Assembly (NCBI GenBank): GCA_964016885.1
Contig: OZ024753.1
Span: 29,946,001 to 30,010,000 of the forward strand
Direction of reading: 5' to 3'
Length of the DNA: 64,000 nt
DNA from: Eledone cirrhosa
Lineage: Eukaryota
In this document: piece by piece, positions 1-11,952 of the stretch
Position numbering within the stretch: the first letter of the stretch is position 1
How the letters are laid out: each line of letters begins with the position of its first letter
Notes under the pieces: generated by a model
Told to the model about the DNA's origin: nothing
Databases searched by the model: none
The model's input: only the letters and a program-made list of their open reading frames with translations
Translations under genes and position numbers: made by a program

Positions 1-894
1 GAACATCGGATAGAATACTTTATGGTATTCATTCTGGCTCTCTGTTCTCTTGAGTTCAAATCCCGCCAAGGTCAACTTTGCTCTTCATTCTTTCAAGGTC
101 CATAAAAAAAAGTACCAGTCTAGTACTGGGGTCGATTCTTCTTCTCTCTCTGGAAGAAATCTGGAGAGGGATGGGCTCCACCAGGCTTAAAATACCCAAG
201 AAATGCTGTATGTCAATATGGCGCCCCTACGACTATCAGGAGTTACAGGACCGTACATATATATATATCTGTTGTACTAAAATATCTTTAACCAATATTA
301 AATGCATCAACATAAACCATTAGCTACACAGATGTGAAAACTGAAGGCTGTGATCTACGCTACGTTTCTTATATTTCACTTGACTTTAATATTAGAAGAT
401 TGTTCAATGAATTTGTTTATTCGAATCAAAGGCTCTTTGTTCTAGAATTATCAAACAAGTTGGCTAACAAACATATCACAATAAAGGAGCTTCTCCTTAG
501 TTTACATGCTAGAAATAACTATTGAATCTCTCTTAAAATATATTCTGGCATCTTAATAAAGGAAGGACATAACAGATAATGTAGTCGTAAATATAGCATG
601 CATATATAGTATACGAAAATAATGTGATGTTCATGGTTGGAATGTCTTCCAATATAGATCTATTTGATCAGGGTTGTTAAAGAACCAGTGTGTTTGTGCA
701 CACACACACACACTAATATAGGAAGTTATAGTTAGTTCACTATTTTCATTGCTAAGATAAGTTGAACTCAATGCCTCTTTTACCCTTCATCCTTGATATC
801 TCTCTCCCTCTCTCTGTGTATGTATATATATATATATAGTAGTGAAAGAGTGAAGAATAACATGGTCGGCTGTACAAAAAGGGTTTTATTTCTA

Positions 895-1001
895 GTATTA
901 ACAATTGTTTCATTGATCAGGTGAGTCTGAAGGCCGCTGATCACTCGAAATTGCGTCACTCGACCTTAAATACACTGTGCTTCTCTGATCAAATCATCAG
1001 A

Positions 1002-1005
<4 letters not shown>
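895..1005 (-). ncRNA. Type I hammerhead ribozyme fold with extended stem II
   Basis: Minus strand: GTATT-CTGATGA-T-TTGATCAG...~65 nt...CTGATCAA-T-GAAA-C-AATT-G-T-T-AATAC. Stem I GTATT/AATAC, 8-bp stem II behind a U.U first pair, palindromic stem III ACAATTGT, then AATAAA. Flanked by TA/CA tracts. Confidence 0.7.
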
Positions 1006-1070
<65 letters not shown>

Positions 1071-1460
1071 CATACACGCACGCACACACACAAAATGAAT
1101 TTAAAAATATATGGGTGAAGACGTCAGAAAAATGAACGAAACCCAGCCAGTTCCAACTCATCAGTCGATCGCTAGAGATACGTTGTTTCAGTGTGTGTGT
1201 CTGTGTACATTCTTTATTAAGGCCATGTATGCGTCTCATTACCCTGGAGTTTCTCCTGTGTACTCACTGGGGGATCAATACACAGGAGAAACTTCAGAAT
1301 ACACACACATATGTTATCTTCAGACCAGAATCCCAGAACAAAAGCTTTGCAAATAAGTGTACTCTACTAATGGCATCAAAGAGCCGAATGGTATTGTTAA
1401 ATTTGGCAACAGATACATATACCTACGTGCATACACATACATATATACACACAATATAAA

Positions 1461-1546
<86 letters not shown>

Positions 1547-1932
1547 TACACATGAACATAAAATCATGAATATGAGTGTGTGTGTGTACATGTACACACA
1601 TACATAAATATTCAAAGGAATGCATTCTGAACTGTAATATATATACATGCTTCTGTCTCTGAAGAATTTTGCTTCCTGGAAGAAATAGGTTAGCTACTTG
1701 ATCTTTTCTTAATAAATCTCTTTTAGTTAGGTAGTGACATGTTTTATTTGGCGTTTACTTGAGAGGAATATTCTGGCTCTTTTAGTAATTTTTAATGAAT
1801 CAATTGATGACTCTGACAGTTTGACAGTTAGTGAAGACATTGACAAAGCAGGGGGTCATATATTGTTTATTTTGTCCCCTACCCGACCCTTATCTCGCCC
1901 CCTCCCCCCATATATTATATATATATATATAT

Positions 1933-2140
1933 ATCATCATCATCATCATTTTATGTCCACTTTTCCCTGCTTGCGAGTGTGGGACGGGTCTTATTCAGCA
2001 CAGCATCTCTCCACTTGTCACCGTCCTTCATCATCTCCACCGTGAGCTTCAGTGATCTGAGGTCTGTCCTCACCACCTCCGCCCATGTTTTTCGTGGTCT
2101 ACCTCTACCACGTCTTCCTTCAACTGGCATTTCCTGGCAC
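1933..2140 (-). mobile_element. RTE-clade LINE 3' fragment
   Basis: CQEMPVEGRRGRGRPRKTWAEVVRTDL...DKWRDAV followed by an (ATG)n tail. Confidence 0.85.
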
Positions 2141-2443
2141 TTCTTCACCCATATATATATATTTATATATACACACACACACACACTCACATTGATATAT
2201 ATATATCTATATATATATGTGTACATAAGTTCATATATATGTATGTATGTATATATATTTATATTTTGTCACCACCACCATTGTTTGGATATCTACTTTT
2301 ACGTGATGGCATTGGTTTGGTGGGACTTTTGTGAGCAGTGTTTTACAACCAAAAGCCCTTCCTGACACCAACCTTTTAAGTCGCTTCTTGTGACACAAGG
2401 ATACATTGTACCCATTCTAAACTGGGTACACGTGGGATATATA

Positions 2444-2608
2444 CAGGGAAATTCTGTTATAACGAAATTCAAGAGGTATTAAAAAAAAATTTGTTGTAAT
2501 AAAAAATTCTTTATAATGAGATTGACCTAAAATCGAGCGTTTGCTTGTTATTACCTCAGGGATTGAAAAAAAAATACTGAAAAATTTATTATAATGGAAT
2601 TTTACCTG
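2444..2608. mobile_element. Tc1/mariner-pogo (Tigger-type) MITE
   Basis: TA-CAGGGAAATTCTGTTATAA...TTATAATGGAATTTTACCTG-TA; second truncated copy ~39470..39618. Confidence 0.65.
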
Positions 2609-3599
2609 TATGTATATATATATGTATGTACACACACATACTATATATATATACAGTTATATTTAGGATGGTCATATTGCCAGTATTACCAATAAGAAGA
2701 ATACACATATATATATGTATTCATATAGGAATTTATATATATATATATGAGTGTGTATGTATGTACACACGCACACACATACATACACATACACACACAC
2801 TATTATTATGTTCACTTACATTTCCTTGCTAGCAGGGAAAGTGGATGTTAAATGTTGATATTGATGACAATGATGATGATGATGTTCTTATAATGTGTCA
2901 TCTTAAACGATAACTGATATGAAATATTGTCTGTTAATACACAAAAGAAGAAAAAATGAGATATTACTTGAAGTGATATAGTTGCTACCATATGTTTAGG
3001 TATAAACTCTTTTACTTTCTTTGCAAATGTCTTTTCCAAGTTCTTTAAGCTTCTCCTCCAAGAATTCATGTTTTACTTTTTCCTATGTAATTAATATTTC
3101 ATTCTTTTGTGGGTAGAGTTGCGAGGCCTTGTGGTAAGGGTGTTGGACCTATGATCATAATGTTACTTGTTTGATTCCTGGGCTGGGTTGCGTGTTGTGT
3201 TCTTGAGCAAAACATTTCATTTCGCGTTTTTCCAGTATACTCAGCTGAAAATGAGTACCAGCAATAGCCAGGGGTTTAACCGTGCGATGGACTGGCGTCT
3301 TGTCCAGTGGGAAGTTTGTACTCTCAGTCGCTTCAAGCCATGAAACCGGGATAAGCATCGGCTTAACGAGCCTTCTGGCTTAAAACAGAATTTAGATGAG
3401 ACTTACTTTGTAGGCTCCAAATTGGCAGAAGCATTAGAGTACCAGATGAAATACCTCACAGTATTTTATTATGTTCTCGTGCATTCTGAGTTCAAATCCT
3501 GCCATGTCCTATTTGTGTGGTAGACTTAATTGGTCACCTGGTTTAACACCTAGACTTGAAGTACCTTTAATAGAGTCTATTCAGACCAATTTACTCATT

Positions 3600-3800
3600 A
3601 TATATAACGAAGGAATTATGGTAAGGAACCAGATGGACCATAACGCACCAGAGTACTCAATACTTAGGGTCGTAGAGTGGGTAATAGGAAAAAGTATGAC
3701 CCCGATGGCAGAGCTCAAGCCGTATCGACGGCTATTTCAGTCCAGAAATAGCCGTCGAAACGGCTTGAGCTCTGCCGTCGGGGTCATACTTTTTCCTTAT
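3600..3800. mobile_element. Hairpin repeat family (foldback around a hammerhead stem II)
   Basis: 53-bp arms 3686..3738 and 3745..3797 with a 6-nt loop. Right arm reads GAAA-CGGC-TTGAGCTCT-GCCG-TC-GGGG. Related copies at 5720..5765, 7792..7960, 10316..10390, 59720..59850. Confidence 0.65.
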
Positions 3801-4414
3801 TTTTTGTGAATTTTATAATTCTCTCATTCTTTCAGTATACCTGCCATCCTCCCTCTCTCACAACAACCTTGGTAACCTCTGGAAAAGATCATGGACACTG
3901 CCCTTCTCTGTCTAAATGATAGAAAAATTCATAATTACTATTAAAAAAATGTTCCTTTACGGCTACTTTTTAACACAACGTGCTACATTTTATGTCATTT
4001 ATTTGACATATTCTTATAACTGACTTGTTTATTATGGTCATGTGTTGGTGAATGATAGCAGTAATAACACACATCACCTGCTATTTTATCTTCTTATCAT
4101 TGTCTGGTTGAGCTTACTCAGACATTCATGAGCCTAACACACCATCCATCACAATCAAGCATAAGTGTTACCTTTTAATAAACCCCATTTCAGCTAAATT
4201 CATTGAACAGAGGAAATAGACATTTCTTTTCCTTCTTAACATCACCAGTTCCTTTTATTAATGGTTTCTGTCTAAACCTCCAAAGTCTATATTAGTTAAA
4301 ACACCTCGCTAGACAAATGGGAAAGTGCCAATATATCGTCCGCTATTAGAATAGTGTGTATTTGGCTAAAATATCTTCTTACTATCAAATTAGATGAGAA
4401 AATTTTAATATTTA

Positions 4415-4643
4415 TTAACCCTTTAGCATTTAAACCAACCATGTCTGACCAGAATTCTTTCACCTCTTTCTGTTCAAACCGGCTGTAACCGGCTGCTCAT
4501 ACTGATGTGAAGGTATTGTTCTCAAAATAAATAATATCAAAATCTCATAGATTCGATATTATACGAGGTAATTATGTGAAGTAAAGCCTTCACCATGAAA
4601 ATACAATAGTAAATATAGAGTAATGTAAATGCTAAAGGGTTAA
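4415..4643 (+). mobile_element. piggyBac-type MITE, family A (~225 bp)
   Basis: TTAA-CCCTTTAGCATTTA...TAAATGCTAAAGGG-TTAA terminal inverted repeats; 13 copies in the window. Confidence 0.85.
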
Positions 4644-4885
4644 AGGAAAAAAAGATGTGAAATTTGGATTAAGTTTTAAAATGTGTCCCCACTCAGTGCA
4701 AAATTCTTGATATTTGCAGTTATCAATTTCAACATATTTCAGGTAATTCAGCTATATACAATATATATTTATTTATTATTATTATTATGATGATGATGAT
4801 GATGATATATCCAAAATTTGGTCTTGTGTCTAGTTAACAGAATTTTTTATTCACTCGAATGTTTCCTGGAAAAATTGGATTAGCT

Positions 4886-5033
4886 CAGTAGCTTAGCTAG
4901 GGGAGGAGTGATTTGCTCAGAGCAGCATTTTGGGGAGGTGTCACTTTTAGTCTGTTCCTTTGTGTTTTTCATGGAGTGGAGGCAGCAAACTCAAGAATTG
5001 CCCCAGGTGGCACAAACTAAAGCTATTCCACTG
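4886..5033. mobile_element. hAT-type MITE
   Basis: TIRs cagtagcttagct / agctattccactg; degenerate 8-bp TSD gattagct / cattagtt. Confidence 0.55.
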
Positions 5034-5232
5034 CATTAGTTTCTCTATATATTCTTAGTATTGCTGTAATGCTGTAGCCATTTTCTAATACTTTTTTTCT
5101 TTTTATTGATTGTATATTTACTGCATACTCTTTATATATGATATATATATATAAAATATTTCAACTGATATTGAAATTATTTTCAAATCTCTAACAGTTT
5201 ATCTCTTCTATTTTTACTTAATATTACTTAAT

Positions 5233-5282
<50 letters not shown>

Positions 5283-5298
5283 CATATGAGAGAGAGAG

Positions 5299-5347
5299 AG
5301 TTTCAGAAGATCCCATAAAAGGGTGAAAGCGATTCTTTGCTTAAACT
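5299..5347 (+). ncRNA. Hammerhead-like three-stem fold with variant core CAGAAGA
   Basis: AGTTT-CAGAAGA-TCCC-ATAAAA-GGGT-GAAA-GCGA-TTCT-TTGC-T-T-AAACT. All three stems can form; U4 is replaced by A. Confidence 0.5.
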
Positions 5348-5764
5348 TTAATCTGTACATAAAATAAATATTTGCTATATGGGTCTTATATATATATGGA
5401 GTTGAGACCGATAGATATTATTAGCAATTGAGCAATTGGAAAGACCAACGGAAACATTGTTCGCTCGGTCCGATTTGACGAAAGTCGATCGTTCCTAAAA
5501 AAATATATATATATATATATGTATTTATTTATTTATACATATATATATATAATATTAATAATAATATTATGGACGAGGTGTCAAATTTTCATTACCTTCA
5601 TTGAGGTGTGATGCTCGTTTTGCGATTGATCAGCTCAAGGTTCGATCTGTGTCGATCTGGCCAGACTCTGAAATCAAAAGCTCATTAGATTTCAGTTAGC
5701 ATAATAAACTATATATATAGCGTTCGGAACTAGCTGTTGAAACGGCCGGAGCTCAGCTGTCGGG

Positions 5765-5804
<40 letters not shown>

Positions 5805-6679
5805 TCTAAATTCTATGTTTATTGGATGCAGATGACATGAAGACCATAACATATCTCCAAAAATCAATTTGTAATTATGAATATTTTCCCAAGTTTCATT
5901 ATTCTCTGTGTTATATAGCTCCTTTGTAAATCATGTGGATTTAAGTATAATACTCATGAATTTTGTCTTTTAAAATTGATTATGAAATGGTTAAATAAGA
6001 GATAAGCTGCTTATCTTGGGAAATAGTAATGGAGAATGGGAGGCGGGGAGAATTCACTTTTTCTCTGCAGTCTTCATTGGGGAAAACACTTTGCCATGTG
6101 GAAAGAAGAAATCTTTCCAGCTAGCCTATCCATCAAACTGGACAGAACAAAGAGATAAGAGACAGGATGGGAATACAAGATATTGTTCCTTCTCAGAAGC
6201 AGGGGAAGGCAATGTCCTTCAATCTAGAACGGATTTATAAGCACATCCTATTTGTTTTTTTTGTTTTTTTTTTGGGGGGGGGGTTCTAGTAATTATTTTA
6301 GCTTATTTTGTGTGTGTGAGTGCGTGTGATTGTATGTATGTGTTTGTGTGTGTGTATGTATGTTGTATGTGTGTAATGTTGGATGCTCTGTACATTTAAG
6401 CCTTGTTCTAGTTTTATTGAATTAAATATAACACTACTTTTTCCATGGTAAATAGTCAAACATTATGACAATGTGAGTGTCTATGTGTAAGAAAATCATT
6501 ATTTCACTAAAGTATATATTTGTAAATTTAACATGGATTATCACTCAATAATATCTGTTAGCTTAACATTAACACTTCTTTATAAGATTCATCATCACCA
6601 CCACCACCACCATCATCATCACCGTTTAGCATATGTTTTTCAAGCTTGCATGGGTTAGACGAAGATTGCTTATAATAAT

Positions 6680-6864
6680 TGTTTCTACTTTTGGCACAAG
6701 GCCAGCAAATACCCCAGTGCATTACTGGTGCTTTATTTTATCGACCCTGTAAGGATGAAAGGTAAAGCTAACCTCAGCTAGATTTGAACTCAGAACGTGA
6801 AGGGACATAACTCTGAACTGCAAAGCATATTTTCTGATGCTTTACCTATACTGCCCTAGATTAT
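6680..6864 (-). mobile_element. SINE family 1
   Basis: 18-bp TSD aagattgcttataataat at 6662..6679 and 6865..6882. Confidence 0.8.
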
Positions 6865-7791
6865 AAGATTGCTTATAATAATATATATAATCTCTTCTGC
6901 TTCTTAAAAACACTTGCTTAAAATGATGAAATAACATGTATAGATTTTTGTATATATATGGTGCTAGATTAAAAGAATAGAAGTTTGCAGGTTTTTATAG
7001 CTTCATTGATCATTCATTGCATGTGTGCACATGCAATCACTCATATATTCTGCTAATTTTCAAATTTCACATGAAAAATTATAGATTTATAGCTAACCGT
7101 ATTTCTTATGAATTTAAAACTACCCAACTTTGATTATATACTGCAGAAACAGTGAGATATATCTGCCAAGATTTTAGAAAACCTGAATCTTTAGATATTT
7201 TAACATATTCTCCTCTTACTACAGTATTGATTTATTGTGATTAAACTCGGAACCAATTTTAATAGGGCGACAATTAATCACAGGAATCCCTGTATATTAT
7301 ATTACTACTGTTCTGCTGTCCTTGTGAAGAATGGAAAACCGAGGCCAATTTTAGTGATATGTCAACTAAATGAAGGTAATTGAGTTACATAGAACTAAGG
7401 GTTCTTCTAAAATTCTAACAATTTAATGTCTTTAATTGTATGTGCAGAAAATTCCAAACTCTTTCTATTAAGTCTCAGTCAATACTAAACGTTTTCAAAC
7501 TGTCATTTATTTCATTTATACTATATTGAGGTTTCTTCCTGAAAAAGACTACATATCTATATATGTATCTAACTCTCTCTCTCCATATATATATATATAT
7601 ATCATTGTCATCATCATCATTTCTGTTCAGCATCAATTCTTCCATGCTTGCATGGGTTCGACAGGTCATCCATGCTGGGAGGAATGGTTGGCCATGTCGC
7701 ACTTTTCTCTGGCAAGAACTGTAAATTTGGTCAGGTATTTTACAGCTGGATGCCCTTCCTAACACAGACCCCATTTATATATATATATATA

Positions 7792-7957
7792 TAGGAAAAT
7801 GTTTAACCCCAACGGCAGAGCAAGCCGTTTCAACGGCTAGTCCAGAAATAGCAGTCAAAACGGGGTTAAACATTTTCCTATTATCCACTCTACTACCCTA
7901 AGTATTGAGTACTCTGGTGCGTTATGATCCATCTAGTTCCTTACCACACTTCTTTCG

Positions 7958-7960
<3 letters not shown>
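7792..7960. mobile_element. Second copy of the hairpin family, between TA tracts
   Basis: Inverted arms ataggaaaatgtttaacccc / ggggttaaacattttcctat. Tail 7880..7960 is a near reverse complement of 3600..3690. Confidence 0.65.
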
Positions 7961-8009
<49 letters not shown>

Positions 8010-8053
8010 AAGTTAAATAAAAGTCAAATGATTAAAATTTAGCTTCGTTTATT

Positions 8054-8108
8054 ACTGCTATATATTTTTCAGTGACAGCCATCTTTGGCTGTGACCTCTT
8101 CAGGCAGT
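8054..8108 (-). ncRNA. Type I hammerhead ribozyme, left-arm inverted copy
   Basis: Reverse complement of 8431..8485 with one substitution in stem III (GAAAAATATATA). Confidence 0.75.
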
Positions 8109-8430
8109 TTGAATTAGTATGGTATAGACAAGTACATATGTTGTTTAGGTGTATAATATTGTCAATACTCTGATATGCCCAGTTCCTTGTTGGGTTGTTA
8201 ATTCATTGAGGAACTGGAGTCATGTACATATGTTGTTTAGGTGTATAATATTGTCAATACTCTGATATGCCCAGTTCCTTGTTGGGTTGTTAATTCATTG
8301 AGGAACTGGAGTCATATGACTCCAGTTCCTCAATGAATTAACAACCCAACAAGGAACTGGGCATATCAGAATATTGACAATATTATACACCTAAACAACA
8401 TATGTACTTGTCTATACCATACTAATTCAA

Positions 8431-8485
8431 ACTGCCTGAAGAGGTCACAGCCAAAGATGGCTGTCACTGAAATATATATAGCAGT
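8431..8485 (+). ncRNA. Type I hammerhead ribozyme (intact core), right arm of foldback
   Basis: ACTGC-CTGAAGA-GGTCACAGCCA-AAGA-TGGCTGTCACT-GAAA-TATATA-T-A-GCAGT, immediately followed by AATAAA. Stem I 5 bp, stem II 10/11 bp, palindromic stem III ATATATAT. Confidence 0.8.
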
Positions 8486-8631
8486 AATAAACAAAGCTAA
8501 ATTTTAATCATTTGACTTTTATTTAACTTTATTTTACACTACTCCGGAGTAACCAAACCAACCTGCACACTTCGTCGAGTGCTCCAGCCTGCATACTGAG
8601 GTGTTGGTATACAACCAACATAAATTCAAAA

Positions 8632-8674
<43 letters not shown>

Positions 8675-8701
8675 TGTATGTATATATATATATATCATGT
8701 A

Positions 8702-8759
<58 letters not shown>

Positions 8760-8799
8760 CATGAATATTATATATTTATGTGAACATATATATATATTG

Positions 8800-9245
8800 G
8801 GATTTGTGCTGTGGAGTTTAAGGCTTGCTGTCCATGGGAACTTCTGTATGCTGATGATCTGGTTCTTATAGCGGAATCTGTGGAAGAGCTTGAGAAGAAA
8901 TTTTGATTGTGGAAACTGAATTTAGAATCAAAAGGGTTCAGATTAAATGTAGCAAAAAACTAAAGTTTTATTAAGTAGGGGATAAGATAGGATTTTGAAT
9001 CGTTCAAGGAAGTGACAATGCTCCATATGTAGAAACTGAGTAGGTAGGAACTCCATATGATGTATGTAATGTAAAATATAGGTACACAAGACTTGTAGTG
9101 GGAAAGCAGGCAGGCGATCGGCAAAGGTAGACTTTAAATGTGGCAGATGCACAGGGATAGTTGGTAGTAAGATTCCCAGTGAAATAGACTTTTGCCAATC
9201 CCACGAAGGTACTATAGAAGTAGTTGATAGCATGGAAAATTGCAA
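8800..9245 (+). pseudogene. Decayed RTE-clade reverse transcriptase fragment
   Basis: EFKACCPWELLYADDLVLIAESVEELEKKF*LWKLNLESKGFRLNVAK (YADD motif), then a Cys-rich CSIC...VHKTC segment with stops and frameshifts. Confidence 0.85.
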
Positions 9246-10447
9246 CGATGGTGACGATGTATGTATGTGTATGTATATATATGTAAATATATCTATAGGA
9301 CTGGTGCCCAAAATGTTAAGACTCTCTCTCTCTCTCTGCTATTTCAAGCGTTAAACTAATATATTTCTTCCATGTACTGTGCTTTTTGTTATTTTTGTTC
9401 ACCTTTTACATACATATATATGTATGCACATATGTATATATATATATGTGTGTGTGTGTGTATTTATATGTATATGTGTATATATTTGTGTGTGTGTGTA
9501 TATATTATATATGTATGTATGTGTGTGTTCCAAAGCAGTTCATCAGGGATGTGAATGAGTAAATATGTACGATTTAATCATTTAAATAGTCAAAGAACAG
9601 ATAGATGAAGGGAAGAAGAAAGCATTGATTAAGAAGAACGAATTAAGCAGAAAGGTAGATGAAATTTTTTCAGTAGTAGGATGAGTGTCATAGATAAATC
9701 TATGGTGAGGGAGGAAAGCTTTAATTAGGGGGAGGCTCTAAGAAAGAAAATGTAAAACAAAGGGGAGGAGCTTGGATAAGGGGATAGGTGGGAGGAGATA
9801 AATCAATGCGTAATAGCTGTTACATATATTTGTTTATATATTCGGCAAGTATAGTACAGTTGAAATGCTAAAAATAATTTGAAATTAAAATTAACCAATT
9901 TGATTTGTAGATAAGTGTGAGAATAAGCCGAAGGTAATTCATTATATTTAAACATGTGAGGAAAAGTGCAGTTGGACGTTAATGTAGTTATTTACATATT
10001 TAATGGTTGTTTATGTTAAGAAATATACAGTACTTATATTAACTATGACAAGAGAAGGTAATATATAGTTTTAAGGGGAGTAGGAGGGTGGCGAAGGAAA
10101 AGTGTGGTAGACAGCCTCATGTTGGTTGTTGGTAAGGAATTGGAACAGAAAACAGCATCAATGTTTTTATGGGATGGGGAAAGATAGAGAGAGAGAGGGT
10201 GTGTGAAGATGTTGTTAGTGAGTAATAGAGAATGAGGTAATGTGAGAGAGTGATGACTAGCAATAAAGTTAGGTGATTATGAGAGAAAGAGACACAGTTA
10301 TATATATATATATATTATTCTACGACCCCGAGTAGTATTGAGTACTCTGGTGAGTAATGGTATGACCAGTTTCAAACTGAATCCATCCAGATTTATATAT
10401 ATATATACTTTATAAACAACAATCAAAGAGTGTTTAGAACATTTAAT

Positions 10448-10498
10448 CAATTACAATTGTTTCATCCTACCTAGCACAAGGCCGGAATCATCTGAGTA
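10448..10498 (-). ncRNA. Degenerate hammerhead-like motif
   Basis: Minus strand CAGATGA-TTCCGGCCT-TGTGCT-AGGTAGGAT-GAAA-C-AATT-GTA. Same GAAACAATTGT stem III as 895..1005; stem I decayed. Confidence 0.4.
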
Positions 10499-11053
10499 TA
10501 TAATAAAGGTTGAAACACAAATATAATATCAGAAGTTTGTCACAAGAATATTATGAGGATACATAATATGGGAAGTAAGCATAAGTATCAACATTTATAT
10601 AAGAAAAGATAGTAAAGGCAGAAGAAGCATATATATATAAATGAACAAATGTGAATAAGCTTACATTAGCTTAATAACATTGCCCCACTGTGCAAATCGA
10701 CTCTGTGATCAAACCATAAAACTCTTTCTCTCTCTCTGCAATAGGAATCAAAGACCAGCTCAAGTAGTCATTGCTGGCTCACCAGGAATGTTTTCTGTGT
10801 TCACCCTACAGAGACACCAAGCAGTGTACAGGTTAAAAAAAAACAAAAACAAATATGGTCATCATTCTCAATTGTATATGATTTAGTTGTATGTACCATG
10901 CTTTCTCGAGTAGATGAAACAACTACAATGTGACATTTAGGAGCGAGGACTGCACCAGTTCTGCACTGGTTCTTAATAAACATTCATTCAGCCATATAAA
11001 TCTAATTAACATATCTACACACATAGCAAAGAATAAAGGAGCAAAATGTGTAT

Positions 11054-11281
11054 TTAACCCTTTAATGTTCAAACTGGCCAAAACCGGACAGAATTCTCTA
11101 CCTCTTTCTGTTGAAACTGGCTGTAATTGGTCGCTTAAACTGATGTTAAGGTATTGTTCTCAAAATAAATACTTTCAAAATCTCATAGATTCCATATTAT
11201 GTGAGATAATTATGCGAGGTAAAGCCTTTACCATGAAAATACAATAGTATAAATAGAGTAATGTGAATGATAAAGGGTTAA
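11054..11281 (+). mobile_element. MITE family A
   Basis: Same TIRs and body as 4415..4643. Confidence 0.85.
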
Positions 11282-11633
11282 GTAAAATATGTAGATTTGT
11301 GTTTGTACATACATATACTGATTCATCATATTCACACACACACATTTGTAATTTAGCTTCTTCTGTTTCCTTCTTACCATTTACATTGTTCTGTGAATCC
11401 CCAAAATTTTTAATTAACTCTTTTGATACCAAACTGCATGTATCTGCTCTTGGCGCTATGATACAGAACTGTTTTAAAGTGTTTATATTTAACTAAAAGC
11501 TTTCTATCAATAATTTATGTAAGAAACCTTATGTTTCAAATGCCAGCTTAATAATGAGAAAGTTAGTCATATTACAGAATCCCTCCTAATTCATGATTAT
11601 TTTGAAAATCATAGTGTATTTCATTAGAAATAT

Positions 11634-11952
11634 TGAGCAATGTGCAGGACCCCACATCTACACCAGCTGGCTTTGAGCTTTCCAGAAGGCAATGGGTGTC
11701 TCTTAATCTGATCCACACAACATATGCCTGGACAGTCCATTACTTCCATAGATGGAAAATGAAAGACAGCCCATCATGTGACTGCGGGGACCCTGACCAG
11801 ACAGTACTGCATGTTGTTCTGGATTGCCCCCTCAGATGTTTTCCCAACGGCCTGGAATCAATCCATAATGCTGCAAATGACACCTTGGTCTTGCTCGCCA
11901 GTATCAACCTGCCTCTCTGGCTACTGTGCCTATGTCATATGACAAGAAGAAG
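11634..11952 (+). mobile_element. 5'-truncated non-LTR retrotransposon, Vingi/Ingi-like 3' end
   Basis: ORF PAGFELSRRQWVSLN...WKMKDSPSCDCGDPDQTVLHVVLDCP (CCHC zinc knuckle), (AAG)n tail, 11-bp TSD attagaaatat at 11623..11633 and 11953..11963. Nested in a family B MITE. Confidence 0.75.

Larger units (their letters stand above)
8003..8633. mobile_element. Foldback element in a (TA)n tract; Penelope-like pLTR derivative
   Basis: Spacer-less palindrome centred at 8315/8316 (gtcat|atgac). Right arm 8316..8536; left arm 8003..8315 includes a 92-bp tandem duplication (8132..8223, 8224..8315). Unique tail to ~8633. (TA)n on both sides. Confidence 0.75.

Noticed and set aside
1114-1170. Minus-strand CTGATGAG
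   Set aside because: No GAAA at a suitable position.
1655-1700. CTGAAGA...GAAA string
   Set aside because: Stems I-III are too weak.
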